This document shows positions 8,559-16,957 of a DNA stretch of 47,480 bases, piece by piece. The stretch lies in NCBI GenBank assembly GCA_964420115.1, contig CAYQQO010000003.1, positions 1-47,480 of the forward strand, read 5' to 3'. Source of the stretch: an uncultured Candidatus Saccharibacteria bacterium (GTDB taxonomy: Bacteria; Patescibacteriota; Minisyncoccia; Portnoybacterales; UBA2143). The notes below the pieces were generated by a model. It saw nothing but the letters and a program-made list of their open reading frames with translations, had not been told where the DNA came from and made no database searches. The position numbers and the translations under genes are program-made. How positions within the stretch are numbered: the stretch's first letter is position 1; each line of letters opens with the position of its first letter.

Positions 8559-9875
8559 TTAATTTCTTTCTTCTAATTTCGCCTCAACTGTTTTTTCATC
8601 TCCCCTATGAAGTATTTTTAAACTAATTCTCTCGCCAATTTCATATTTATTAATTATTAAAGCCAAATGATTTTCCGAAGTAATTTTTTCGCCGTTAATT
8701 TCTAAAATAATGTCATTTTCCACCAATCCTGCCTTGTCTGCAGGACTGCCCGGAACAACAGCCAACTCCTCTGGCTGATCACCTCTAATAATTAAAGCGC
8801 CGTAATCAACAGACAAATCATTTATTTCTTGTATTCGGGGATTGATCAAGATATAGCGGACGCCTAAGAAAGGATAACTTATTTTCCCTTTTTTTTCAAC
8901 CTGCTCAATATCTCTTTTTGCTTTTTCAATCGGCAAAGAAAAACCAATATTTTCCGCTCCTACTGCCATAGCCACATTAATACCTATCGCCTGCCCGGCT
9001 AAATTAAGTAAAGGCCCTCCGGAGTTCCCCTGATTAATAGCGGCATCTGTCTGAATAACTTCGGAAAGCTGCTCTAATTGGCCAAAAGTTCCTTGGGTAA
9101 CAATTGATCTTTGCAGGCCGGAAACAACGCCAACGCTGACTGTGTTTCTAAACTCACCCAAAGCATTGCCAATAGCAACAACAGTCTGGCCAATTTTTAT
9201 TGAACCGGAATGGCTCAACTCCACCACGGGCAAACCCCCTCTTTCTATCTTTAAAATAGCTATATCCTGCACAGGATCAAGCGCTAAAACTTCGGCAGGA
9301 ATTCTTTCATTATTATTAGTTAAAACCGTATATTCAGCCTCCTCGTCTAAGACCAAATGTTTATTAGTTAAAATCATCCCGTCAGAAGAAACAATAAAGC
9401 CAGTCCCTCCAGCCACCTCCACATTCTCGGTTTCTCCCTGTGAATCAGGAGATTGAAAACCAAAAGGAAGCATAAAATCATCGCCGAAAAACCTCCTGAA
9501 AAACTCATCATCGCCAAAAGGATTATTTGTTTGAGATGCTGATATATTTTTAGTGACAATTACGCTCACCACTGCCGGAGAGACTTTTTCAACCACACTA
9601 ACGACAGCCTCCTCCTGCCCAACAACCCTTATTATCCCATCTTCTCCTTGTAACTCTGATTTCTCGCGCCCTTCTGGAAAACCCTTAATCCCTGAAACCA
9701 ATTCACCGCTCAACCCCCCGGCAATCGCCCCGACAATCAAAGAAGTAATAAAGCTGACTACTATTGCTAAAACAACCACCTCTTTGACTCTCACCTCTTT
9801 TTGCGCCCTCTTCTTCCTTTTTTTTACGCCAGAAGCCATTAACTTGTTATTTGTTTTTTTGTTCATAATTATCAA
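8559..9875 (-). CDS. htrA: HtrA/DegP-family serine protease with PDZ domain
   Basis: TM; GTGFIV, TNKH, DIA, IQTDAAINQGNSGGPL; C-terminal PDZ. Start may be 9866. Confidence 0.92.
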   Translation of the reverse strand: MIIMNKKTNNKLMASGVKKRKKRAQKEVRVKEVVVLAIVVSFITSLIVGAIAGGLSGELVSGIKGFPEGREKSELQGEDGIIRVVGQEEAVVSVVEKVSPAVVSVIVTKNISASQTNNPFGDDEFFRRFFGDDFMLPFGFQSPDSQGETENVEVAGGTGFIVSSDGMILTNKHLVLDEEAEYTVLTNNNERIPAEVLALDPVQDIAILKIERGGLPVVELSHSGSIKIGQTVVAIGNALGEFRNTVSVGVVSGLQRSIVTQGTFGQLEQLSEVIQTDAAINQGNSGGPLLNLAGQAIGINVAMAVGAENIGFSLPIEKAKRDIEQVEKKGKISYPFLGVRYILINPRIQEINDLSVDYGALIIRGDQPEELAVVPGSPADKAGLVENDIILEINGEKITSENHLALIINKYEIGERISLKILHRGDEKTVEAKLEERN

Positions 9876-10215
9876 TCGCTTTTTTTAAGGCGTCAGCCGC
9901 CAAATGAGCGCAATGATTTTTAATCGGCGGCAAAGAACCCAATTCATCTGCTATATCATTAAAAGTAATTTCTTTCGCTTCTTTAATGGTCCTGCCCTTG
10001 GCAAGCTCGGTGACCATAGAAGAAGTGGCAATAGCAGCCACGCATCCCATTGTTTCAACAGAGATATTTTTGATTTTACTATTTTCTACTTTAATATAGA
10101 CCTTTAAAATATCTCCGCATTGAGGATTACCAACTTCACCGACAGCATCGGCTTTCTCCATTTTGCCCATATTCTTCGGGTTTTTAAAATGCTCCATTAC
10201 TTTTTGGCTATACAT
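9847..10215 (-). CDS. iscU: Fe-S cluster scaffold IscU/NifU-N
   Basis: MYSQKVMEHFKNPKNMG, GNPQCGD, GCVAAIA, LPPIKNHC. Confidence 0.93.
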   Translation of the reverse strand: MYSQKVMEHFKNPKNMGKMEKADAVGEVGNPQCGDILKVYIKVENSKIKNISVETMGCVAAIATSSMVTELAKGRTIKEAKEITFNDIADELGSLPPIKNHCAHLAADALKKAIDNYEQKNK

Positions 10216-10224
10216 AATGCGATA

Positions 10225-11412
10225 TTATCTGCCTGAAATACTTCTTAATCTCCCAATTATATCAGGCAGAATTTTTAAAAGATAATTAACCTCCGAAGCC
10301 TTCGTCCCTCTTCCCAAAGTAAACCTGATACTAGAGTGCGCTTCTTCGTGAGAAAGACCAAGAGCCAACAAAACATGCGAAGCCTTTAAAGAATGGCTGG
10401 CGCAGGCAGAACCAGTAGAAACACATATACCTCTTTCAGCCAACTCCATTAAAATACTTTCCCCCTCGACCCCGGAAAAACTAATATTAGCGTTGTTAGG
10501 CAAACGATTCTTCAAAGAACCATTAACCCTTGTTCTTGGAATTGTTTTTAAAATACCTTCAATTAATTTATTTCTCAATTTGGCAATCTCTTTATTTTTT
10601 TTCTTAAAAATCTCTATTCTTTTAACTGCCTCAGCCAGACCAATTATTCCCGGAACGTTTTCTGTCCCAGCCCGCAAGCCAAACTCCTGACTGCCCGGAC
10701 CAATCAACGGCTCTAAGCCGATCCCGGAACGAAGATAAAGAACGCCTGCTCCTTTTGGCCCATAAATTTTGTGGGCGTCAAAAGTAAGCATATCAACCCC
10801 CAGATGATTAACCTGACAATCTAAATAATTAACTGCCTGGACCGCATCGCTGTGAAAAAGTATTTTATTCTTTCTGGAGGAATTAACTTTTTTAATCAGC
10901 TGGCCAATTTCCTTTATCGGCTGGACCGACCCCATTTCGTTATTGGCATACATCACTGAAACTAAAATTGTATTTTTTTTAATCGCTTTTGAAACATCCT
11001 TTGCATCAACAATTCCATCTTTTGAAACAGGAAGAAATGTTATTTCTACCTCCCCCTTTTTCTTTAAGTTATGGCAAAGCTCCCAAATAGAATGATGTTC
11101 AATGGAAGTAGTAACAAGATGGGGCCTGCCCGGTCCTTTAAAAAGCAAATTGGAATTTTTAATTACCCAAGCATTGCCCTCTGTCGCGCCGCTGATAAAA
11201 ATTACTTCCTTATCAAAACATCCTAAAAATACAGAAATATCGTTTCTGGCAACTTCAACCGCCTGGCGGACATCCTGGCCAAAATCATAAAGAGCCGAAG
11301 GATTAGCCCACTTCTTATCAAAAAAAGGGAGCATTTTCTTCAAAACAACGCTGTCTATCGGCGCAGTGGCTGAATGGTCTAAATAAATTAATTTTTTCTT
11401 TTTTTGCGACAT
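10225..11412 (-). CDS. iscS: Cysteine desulfurase IscS/NifS
   Basis: IYLDHSAT, AHKIYGPKG (PLP Lys), STGSACAS; start moved to the ATG at 11412, downstream of the promoter. Confidence 0.93.
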   Translation of the reverse strand: MSQKKKKLIYLDHSATAPIDSVVLKKMLPFFDKKWANPSALYDFGQDVRQAVEVARNDISVFLGCFDKEVIFISGATEGNAWVIKNSNLLFKGPGRPHLVTTSIEHHSIWELCHNLKKKGEVEITFLPVSKDGIVDAKDVSKAIKKNTILVSVMYANNEMGSVQPIKEIGQLIKKVNSSRKNKILFHSDAVQAVNYLDCQVNHLGVDMLTFDAHKIYGPKGAGVLYLRSGIGLEPLIGPGSQEFGLRAGTENVPGIIGLAEAVKRIEIFKKKNKEIAKLRNKLIEGILKTIPRTRVNGSLKNRLPNNANISFSGVEGESILMELAERGICVSTGSACASHSLKASHVLLALGLSHEEAHSSIRFTLGRGTKASEVNYLLKILPDIIGRLRSISGR

Positions 11413-11449
11413 AAATAAAGATAAAAAAAATCCCTCCAACTTAAATAAG

Positions 11450-11478
11450 ATTCTACCAAAAAAGATTATAGCTGTCAA
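11450..11478 (-). promoter_or_regulatory. sigma70 promoter of iscS and downstream genes
   Basis: TTGACA-17 nt-TAGAAT with extended TG. Confidence 0.75.
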
Positions 11479-11487
11479 AAAAAAGCA

Positions 11488-11517
11488 AAGGGCCTTTGCT
11501 GTCAAAGGCCTCTTTTT
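11488..11517. terminator. Intrinsic terminator-like hairpin
   Basis: GGCCTTTG-ctgt-CAAAGGCC flanked by A/T runs. Confidence 0.55.
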
Positions 11518-11598
11518 AAAATCCTCTATTCTGAATCCAGTTCCAAAACTTTCTTCACCTTCTTAAAGTCCAACTCAAAAAATCGAGGCGCTCTCTTC

Positions 11599-11771
11599 TC
11601 ATTTTCTTTTTTTTCTGCGGCATTCGGAACAAAAGGTCATCATCCCGCCAATCATAGGAACAATCAGCCACCCCCCCCGTAGTTAAGGTTGTAAAGATCG
11701 GTCCCGGAAGTGAATTCTTCGCGTCTGTCACATCCCTTGCCATCACATATCAATGTTTTTTTGACGCCCAT
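11599..11771 (-). pseudogene. Small Zn-finger-like protein frameshifted in a G8 tract
   Basis: GGAGG SD; MGVKKTLICDGKGCD...NYGGGG*; one extra G gives ...GWLIVPMIGGMMTFCSECRRKKRK*. Confidence 0.6.
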
Positions 11772-11873
11772 TTATGCCTCCTATCTCATATAGTTAACTG
11801 TTAACGATCTATCGATATAATATATAGTATTAGTAAAAGAGTCAACACATGACATGGTTTAATTATAATTAAA

Positions 11874-11905
11874 AACCCCGAGAGAGGAAAACCTCTCTCG
11901 GGGTT
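11874..11905 (-). terminator. Strong intrinsic terminator
   Basis: AACCCCGAGAGAGG-aaaa-CCTCTCTCGGGGTT perfect stem followed by T run on minus strand. Confidence 0.8.
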
Positions 11906-11914
11906 AAGGGCCTA

Positions 11915-12355
11915 TTATAATTCATAGACCCAGACTACGACAGTCTGAGGAATCATGCCAGGACAAATGTACAACCTGGCCTCCCCCCGGACTGACAAAC
12001 TGATGGTGCGTTGAAGCGTTTCCACCCCCATATTCCCTACCAGGGAAATTTCTTGGGGGCGCACGAAGAGCAATCCACTCTCTGTTTGCACGATACACAA
12101 CGCAGAAACATCGGGTAACTCTCCATAAAGCTTCACCACCCCCCCCTCTTTCTTGACCATAATCTTTGGCGGGGCCAAAGAAGGGACCCAATCATCCGGA
12201 CAGTTCCCCGCCGGACAGAAAATCTCTTCTATGTCCCCTGAATCGCCATAAAGAACACCATCCAGGGTGACCCACTCTTCTCCGGCAAAAGCCGGGACAG
12301 CCACCAGCAGAAACACTGCCGCCATCGCCGCTACTGAAATACATCTCCCTCTCAT
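11915..12355 (-). CDS. Hypothetical secreted protein
   Basis: AGGAGG SD, signal peptide ending AFA, own promoter-like sequence and terminator. Confidence 0.7.
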   Translation of the reverse strand: MRGRCISVAAMAAVFLLVAVPAFAGEEWVTLDGVLYGDSGDIEEIFCPAGNCPDDWVPSLAPPKIMVKKEGGVVKLYGELPDVSALCIVQTESGLLFVRPQEISLVGNMGVETLQRTISLSVRGEARLYICPGMIPQTVVVWVYEL

Positions 12356-12436
12356 TTTACTCCTCCTTTCTGTGTTTTCTGTTTCCGGCTCCCATCCTAT
12401 AATGTATATTATAATATTTTTGGATTTATGTCAATA

Positions 12437-13513
12437 CTATGTACCTGACGGGTACATTGGTGACACTTTAGTAGAATTATTGATATTTATCGGCGTCTCA
12501 TTATTCAATGAATCATGGGGCCTGTAAAAGTTGTATTCAATTAACCATTCTGTTAGATTTGTATTGAATTGTATAACATTAGGCGTAAAATTACCACAAT
12601 TGACAAATTCTTCTTGGATGGTTCTATTGAATCTTTCATTGACTGGATTATCCTTGGGTGTTCTGGGCCGACTATGGTATCTGCTGAGATTAAGCTTTTG
12701 ACAGGATTGTCTGAAATACTTCTCAAACTCGCTGCCATTGTCTGTTTGAATGTTTTCTATCTTGTCTTGTGTTAAATACATCAACCTATTAAGAAAGTCT
12801 GAAGCATTGTAGGAATTAGCGTGTCTGTATATTCTGGCAAAAGCCACCTTAGAAAATGAATCTATGCCAGTAAAGATATATCTCTTGAGATTGTTGTATC
12901 TTAATTCAATCGCATCTAAACAGATAAGAAATCCATTCTTGGGTTTCTTCCTTAATTCGGTGATTCTTTTCTTCTTGATGGCAGTTAAGCGTTTACGCGT
13001 GATTCTGGCTGTTTTCCTTGGATTGGGATAAAGCTTGTATTTTTCAATCACTTTCTGGACTTTCCAAGATGAGATAACCTCATTGTATTCTCGCTGATAG
13101 ATTTTAGCCAGCTTAATCTTGCTGTAACAGATATACTTCTTTCTTAATTGAACAACTCTCATTTCCTGTTCTGATGTGATTTCTCTTTGTCTTTTGTTAA
13201 TGGGAGCGCAAGATTGATTTTCTAAGGTGTAAAGATTGTTTGGATCATACTTTCGATACCACTCATAGAAACATTGGCGGGAAATGCCGAAATGACGGCA
13301 GGTTTTAGAAGCATTATTACATTTCTTGTAATAGTCCATCCATCTTAATCGTTGTTTGGCCTCCTTGGATAGATTAGCGTATTTTTTAAGGTATGAGAGC
13401 ATATGATAGAGCGGAAGCAGGTCGTTCGTAAAATGAAAGCCCTGTCCGTAGATTTGATTAATTTTTGCTCTATCATAGTAGACAACACCCTCAGAATCAA
13501 TCATTTTTACCAT
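12437..13513 (-). CDS. DDE transposase (HTH plus integrase core), IS481-like
   Basis: HTH TCRHFGISRQCFYEW; CLDAI, QTDNGSEF, PKDNPVNERFNRTIQEE, YNFYRPH. Confidence 0.92.
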   Translation of the reverse strand: MVKMIDSEGVVYYDRAKINQIYGQGFHFTNDLLPLYHMLSYLKKYANLSKEAKQRLRWMDYYKKCNNASKTCRHFGISRQCFYEWYRKYDPNNLYTLENQSCAPINKRQREITSEQEMRVVQLRKKYICYSKIKLAKIYQREYNEVISSWKVQKVIEKYKLYPNPRKTARITRKRLTAIKKKRITELRKKPKNGFLICLDAIELRYNNLKRYIFTGIDSFSKVAFARIYRHANSYNASDFLNRLMYLTQDKIENIQTDNGSEFEKYFRQSCQKLNLSRYHSRPRTPKDNPVNERFNRTIQEEFVNCGNFTPNVIQFNTNLTEWLIEYNFYRPHDSLNNETPININNSTKVSPMYPSGT

Positions 13514-13558
13514 ATCTCTTGATTTTTAGGGTGTCACCTATGTATCTCATCATGTGCA
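12440..13558 (-). mobile_element. IS481-like insertion sequence
   Basis: Imperfect terminal IRs TGTACCTGACG-GGTACATTGGTGACAC / TGCACATGATGAGATACATAGGTGACAC; 5-bp TSD TACTA at 12435-12439 and 13559-13563. Confidence 0.85.
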
Positions 13559-13597
13559 TACTAATAAAAAACGCCTTATGGCGGATTTTATACTATG

Positions 13598-13668
13598 CTG
13601 GGGAGGTAGGATTCGAACCTACGATCATGGATCCAGAGTCCATTGCCTTACCGCTTGGCTACTCCCCA
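13598..13668 (-). tRNA. tRNA-Gln(CTG), no encoded CCA
   Basis: TGGGGAGTAGCCAAGCGGTAAGGC-ATGGACT CTG GATCCAT-GTAGGTTCGAATCCTAC-CTCCCCAG. Confidence 0.95.
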
Positions 13669-14577
13669 TCAAGTCTCCAAATATCTCCTAACAGCAATGG
13701 CGCTACTAATAGTACCCAGTATAACGCCAGCAGCTATTTGTAAAAGTAAAAACAGAATAAAATTCTGTTGGAAATAATAAAAGATATCAGTGCCAGGCAG
13801 GTAGGCAGTGATTCTTGGCGAAAGCCACCACAAAAGCGGATAAAGCAAAATCATAGAAATTACAGCGGCAGCAATCCCGTAAATTGCTCCCTCTACAACA
13901 AAGGGACCCCTAACAAACCAGTTGCTTCCGCCAACCAGCTTCATTACTTTTATTTCTTTTCTTGAAGAATAAATAGTCAAACGAATAGTATTAAAGGCGA
14001 CTATTACCGCCAAAACTGCTAAGGTTAATAAACCAATAAAACCAATTTTTCTAATGTTGTTTGTAATGGAAGACAACCTGGCGATAACAGCCTTATTCTC
14101 CATATAGTTGACTTTGTCAATTATCTCCTGATACTTATCTTTGTTAAAAAACTGAGCAATCGCTTCAAATTGAGAAGCTGTCTGAGCTTTAATATTCAAG
14201 CTGGCCTCAAGAGGATTGCTGCCTAACTCATGTAAGCTTTGCATTAAAACATCGTTGTCCCTGTGTCTTTCTTTAAAGTTTTTGAGCGCCTGGTCGGCAG
14301 AAACATATTCAGCGCTTTTAACCTCAGAAAGTTTTACCAAGTCAGCTCTCATATTAATAATTTCTTCCTCTGGTGTATCTAAATGGAAATAAACACTAAT
14401 ATCAATTTTATCTTCCAAATTATCAATTAAAGAGCTGATTAAAACATTTATTAAAAGCAAATTGGTAATAGTAAAAATTGTTAAACTCATCATGGCAATA
14501 GCGGCTGAAGAAAGCCACTTGTTACGCCAAAAACTCAACCAACCTGATTTAATAATACGAGTAATACTTGATAACAT
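13669..14577 (-). CDS. ftsX: Cell division permease FtsX
   Basis: FNTIRLTIYSSRKEIKVMKLVGGSNWFVRGPFVVEG; follows ftsE. Confidence 0.93.
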   Translation of the reverse strand: MLSSITRIIKSGWLSFWRNKWLSSAAIAMMSLTIFTITNLLLINVLISSLIDNLEDKIDISVYFHLDTPEEEIINMRADLVKLSEVKSAEYVSADQALKNFKERHRDNDVLMQSLHELGSNPLEASLNIKAQTASQFEAIAQFFNKDKYQEIIDKVNYMENKAVIARLSSITNNIRKIGFIGLLTLAVLAVIVAFNTIRLTIYSSRKEIKVMKLVGGSNWFVRGPFVVEGAIYGIAAAVISMILLYPLLWWLSPRITAYLPGTDIFYYFQQNFILFLLLQIAAGVILGTISSAIAVRRYLET

Positions 14578-14578
14578 A

Positions 14579-15259
14579 TTACAAAATATATTTACCTTTA
14601 GGATCGTCTTTAATGACTTTCCCCTTGTCTAAGGTGACTACTCTTTTGGCCAGTCCGTTAATAACTTCTCTGTTATGACTGGCTAAAACTACTATAGTGC
14701 CCAGCTCATTAATTTTAATAAGAAGGCGGATAATTTCCCATGTGTTAATAATATCAAGATTACCAGTCGGTTCGTCGGCAATTAATACTTCTGGCCGGTG
14801 AGCCAGAGCGCGGGCGATGGCTACCCTTTGTTTCTCTCCGCCGGAAAGCTGATTGGGGAAATGCTCGGCTCTTTCAACCAAATTGACCAATTTTAATAAT
14901 TGGGGAACATCCCGCTCAATTTCTGAATCAGACCAGCCGCCTACTTCCATAGCAAAGGCAATATTTTCATAAGCGGTTTTATCAGGCAAAAGGCGGAAGT
15001 CCTGAAAAATCATACCAATTTTTCTCCGCCATAAAGGCAAATCTTTGTCTTTTATATTAATAATGCTCTGTTTGCCCCATAAAATATCTCCCTGGCTGGG
15101 CAATTCTTCTCTGATAAGCAAACGGATCAGGGTACTCTTACCTGCTCCGGAGCGTCCGGCGATAGAAACAAACTCATTCTGGCCGATAGTTAAATTAATA
15201 TCTCCCAGGGCCTGACAGTCCGGTGGATAAATTTTGGAAATTTTTTTAAATTCTATCAT
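14579..15259 (-). CDS. ftsE: Cell division ATP-binding protein FtsE
   Basis: GRSGAGKST, IFQDFRLL, LSGGEKQR, ADEPTGNLD. Confidence 0.93.
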   Translation of the reverse strand: MIEFKKISKIYPPDCQALGDINLTIGQNEFVSIAGRSGAGKSTLIRLLIREELPSQGDILWGKQSIINIKDKDLPLWRRKIGMIFQDFRLLPDKTAYENIAFAMEVGGWSDSEIERDVPQLLKLVNLVERAEHFPNQLSGGEKQRVAIARALAHRPEVLIADEPTGNLDIINTWEIIRLLIKINELGTIVVLASHNREVINGLAKRVVTLDKGKVIKDDPKGKYIL

Positions 15260-16014
15260 TTAATTTCTGCTTCAATGAATTTATTTAATTTACCCTCTAA
15301 AACTTTTTCCGGATCGCCTGATTTAGCGCCGGTCCTATGGTCTTTTACCATTTTGTATGGATGCAAGACATAAGACCTAATTTGGCTGCCCCACTCTATC
15401 ATTGGCACATCCCCTCTTATCTGCTGTTTTTCATCTTCTTTTCTTTTTTTTAAATACTGATAAAGCTTGCTGTATAAAAGTTTCGTTGCTCTTTTTTTGT
15501 TTTCTCCCTGCAAACGTTCGCTCTGACAAGAAGCAACCAAACCAGTCGGGATATGAGTAATTCTGACAGCGGACTCTGTTTTGTTAACATACTGTCCGCC
15601 TGGCCCGCTGGCCCGATAGGTTTCTATTTTCAAGTCCTCTGGCCTAACATTTATTTCCTTTACTTCTTCAATCTCCGGCAGAACCTCAACTAAAGCAAAA
15701 GAGGTATGACGCAAATGATCAGCGTCAAAAGGAGAAATACGAACCAAACGATGAACCCCTGATTCTGCTTTCAAATAACCGTAGGCGTAAGGAGCTTCAA
15801 CATTTAAAGTAACGTTTTTAAGGCCGGCTTCCTTGCCCTCTTTTATCTGGATAACTTTGGCTGGCCAGTCTTTTTTTTGGCAGAATTTAAGATACATCCG
15901 CAAAAGCATCTCTGTCCAATCCCGGGCGTCAATTCCTCCAGCGCCGGCATAAATTGAAACTATTGCTTTTCTTTTATCATAAGGGCCAGTTAGCTTTTCT
16001 ATTAAATCTTTCAT
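15256..16014 (-). CDS. prfB: Peptide chain release factor 2 lacking N-terminal domain 1
   Basis: AGAGG, HRLVRISPFD (SPF), GPGGQYVNKT, WGSQIRSYVLHPY; only 252 aa. Confidence 0.9.
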   Translation of the reverse strand: MKDLIEKLTGPYDKRKAIVSIYAGAGGIDARDWTEMLLRMYLKFCQKKDWPAKVIQIKEGKEAGLKNVTLNVEAPYAYGYLKAESGVHRLVRISPFDADHLRHTSFALVEVLPEIEEVKEINVRPEDLKIETYRASGPGGQYVNKTESAVRITHIPTGLVASCQSERLQGENKKRATKLLYSKLYQYLKKRKEDEKQQIRGDVPMIEWGSQIRSYVLHPYKMVKDHRTGAKSGDPEKVLEGKLNKFIEAEIK

Positions 16015-16020
16015 TGAGTC

Positions 16021-16029
16021 ATTCTACCA
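16021..16029 (-). promoter_or_regulatory. Extended -10 element for leaderless prfB
   Basis: TGGTAGAAT ends 6 nt before the ATG at 16014. Confidence 0.55.
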
Positions 16030-16056
16030 TAATATTTTTTCAAAGTAAAATATCAG

Positions 16057-16128
16057 AGCCGGAGGTGGGGATTGAACCCACAACCTACGCGTTACGAATG
16101 CGTTGCTCTGCCATTGAGCTACTCCGGC
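16057..16128 (-). tRNA. tRNA-Thr(CGT)
   Basis: GCCGGAGTAGCTCAATGGCAGAGC-ACGCATT CGT AACGCGT-GTGGGTTCAATCCCCAC-CTCCGGCT. Confidence 0.93.
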
Positions 16129-16201
16129 TGGAGCGAACGAGGAGAATCGCCCAGTCATACGACTGGGCGACTGGCCGGATGACCGGCCAAACCCTCATCG
16201 C
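16129..16201 (-). ncRNA. Putative tRNA-like three-way-junction RNA ending in UCCA
   Basis: GCGAUGAGG pairs with CCUCGUUCGC; two perfect internal hairpins; expression not shown. Confidence 0.45.
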
Positions 16202-16205
16202 TGTT

Positions 16206-16279
16206 TGGAGCGAGTGAAGGGAATCGAACCCTCGTTATCTGCTTGGGAAGCAGACGCTCTGCCATTGAGCTACACTCGC
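16206..16279 (-). tRNA. tRNA-Gly(CCC) with encoded CCA
   Basis: GCGAGTGTAGCTCAATGGCAGAGCG-TCTGCTT CCC AAGCAGA-GAGGGTTCGATTCCCTT-CACTCGCTCCA. Confidence 0.95.
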
Positions 16280-16702
16280 TTAATTCTGCTGACCAAAGAA
16301 ATATTCCCACCACTGCCACCAATTATTTTTCTTTTCCTTCGACGAATCATCTTCTTGATTATTATCCAAGTCATTTGAGCTTGTTCCGTTGATTTGTGAG
16401 TCGCGCAGAATAACAACCCTTTCTCCCGGCTTTTTTAAATTAAGCTTCAAACGGGCTTCTTTTTCCAGATGCGACTCCTCCTTAAAATATTCCATTAAAT
16501 CAGCGAGCTGTTTGTTTCTTTTCTCTGACTTGTCTATTTCTGCCTGCAGTTTGTTGATCTCGTTGTTGAGCTGATGTTTGCGGTAGCTTTCTCTGCCTAA
16601 ATTAATTGTTAAAGCAATTAGAGCTAAAACCACAAAAAAAAGAGCAACTTTTGAACCCAGAATCTTTTTAATAAATTTTTTATGAGAGGAGTCTTTAGCC
16701 AT
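16280..16702 (-). CDS. Septum formation initiator FtsB/DivIC family
   Basis: TM, coiled coil, EKEARLKLNLKKPGERVVI. Confidence 0.85.
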   Translation of the reverse strand: MAKDSSHKKFIKKILGSKVALFFVVLALIALTINLGRESYRKHQLNNEINKLQAEIDKSEKRNKQLADLMEYFKEESHLEKEARLKLNLKKPGERVVILRDSQINGTSSNDLDNNQEDDSSKEKKNNWWQWWEYFFGQQN

Positions 16703-16812
16703 TTGCCAATTCCCATTAATATGATATTATCAACACAGTGGGGAGTAAAAAACAAATTTGCTTGTTCCCCGAACGAATAAATTAATATGCAAAGCTATAT
16801 TAAAGCGATTAT

Positions 16813-16917
16813 ATGAAGAAGTTAACCCGCCAAAAATTATTCCGCGCCGCCTGGGTTGTCTTAGCCAGTTTGGTTATTTTAAGCATGTTCGTCTTCCTGC
16901 TAATCCCTTTAATATAA
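16813..16917 (+). CDS. 34-aa single-TM small protein (below ORF-track cutoff)
   Basis: MKKLTRQKLFRAAWVVLASLVILSMFVFLLIPLI*; fills the ftsB-lepA gap. Confidence 0.6.
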   Translation: MKKLTRQKLFRAAWVVLASLVILSMFVFLLIPLI

Positions 16918-16957
16918 TATCAAAAAGAAAGCAAAAAGCAATTATGGCTCTTTTGGG

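Noticed and set aside
11555-11746. 63-aa ORF from the track
   Set aside because: No SD; the overlapping SD-led Zn-finger frame explains the region better
11915-13668. tRNA-Gln-integrated genomic island
   Set aside because: No tyrosine or serine integrase, and I found no duplicated tRNA-Gln 3' end; the IS with its own TSD explains the mobile DNA
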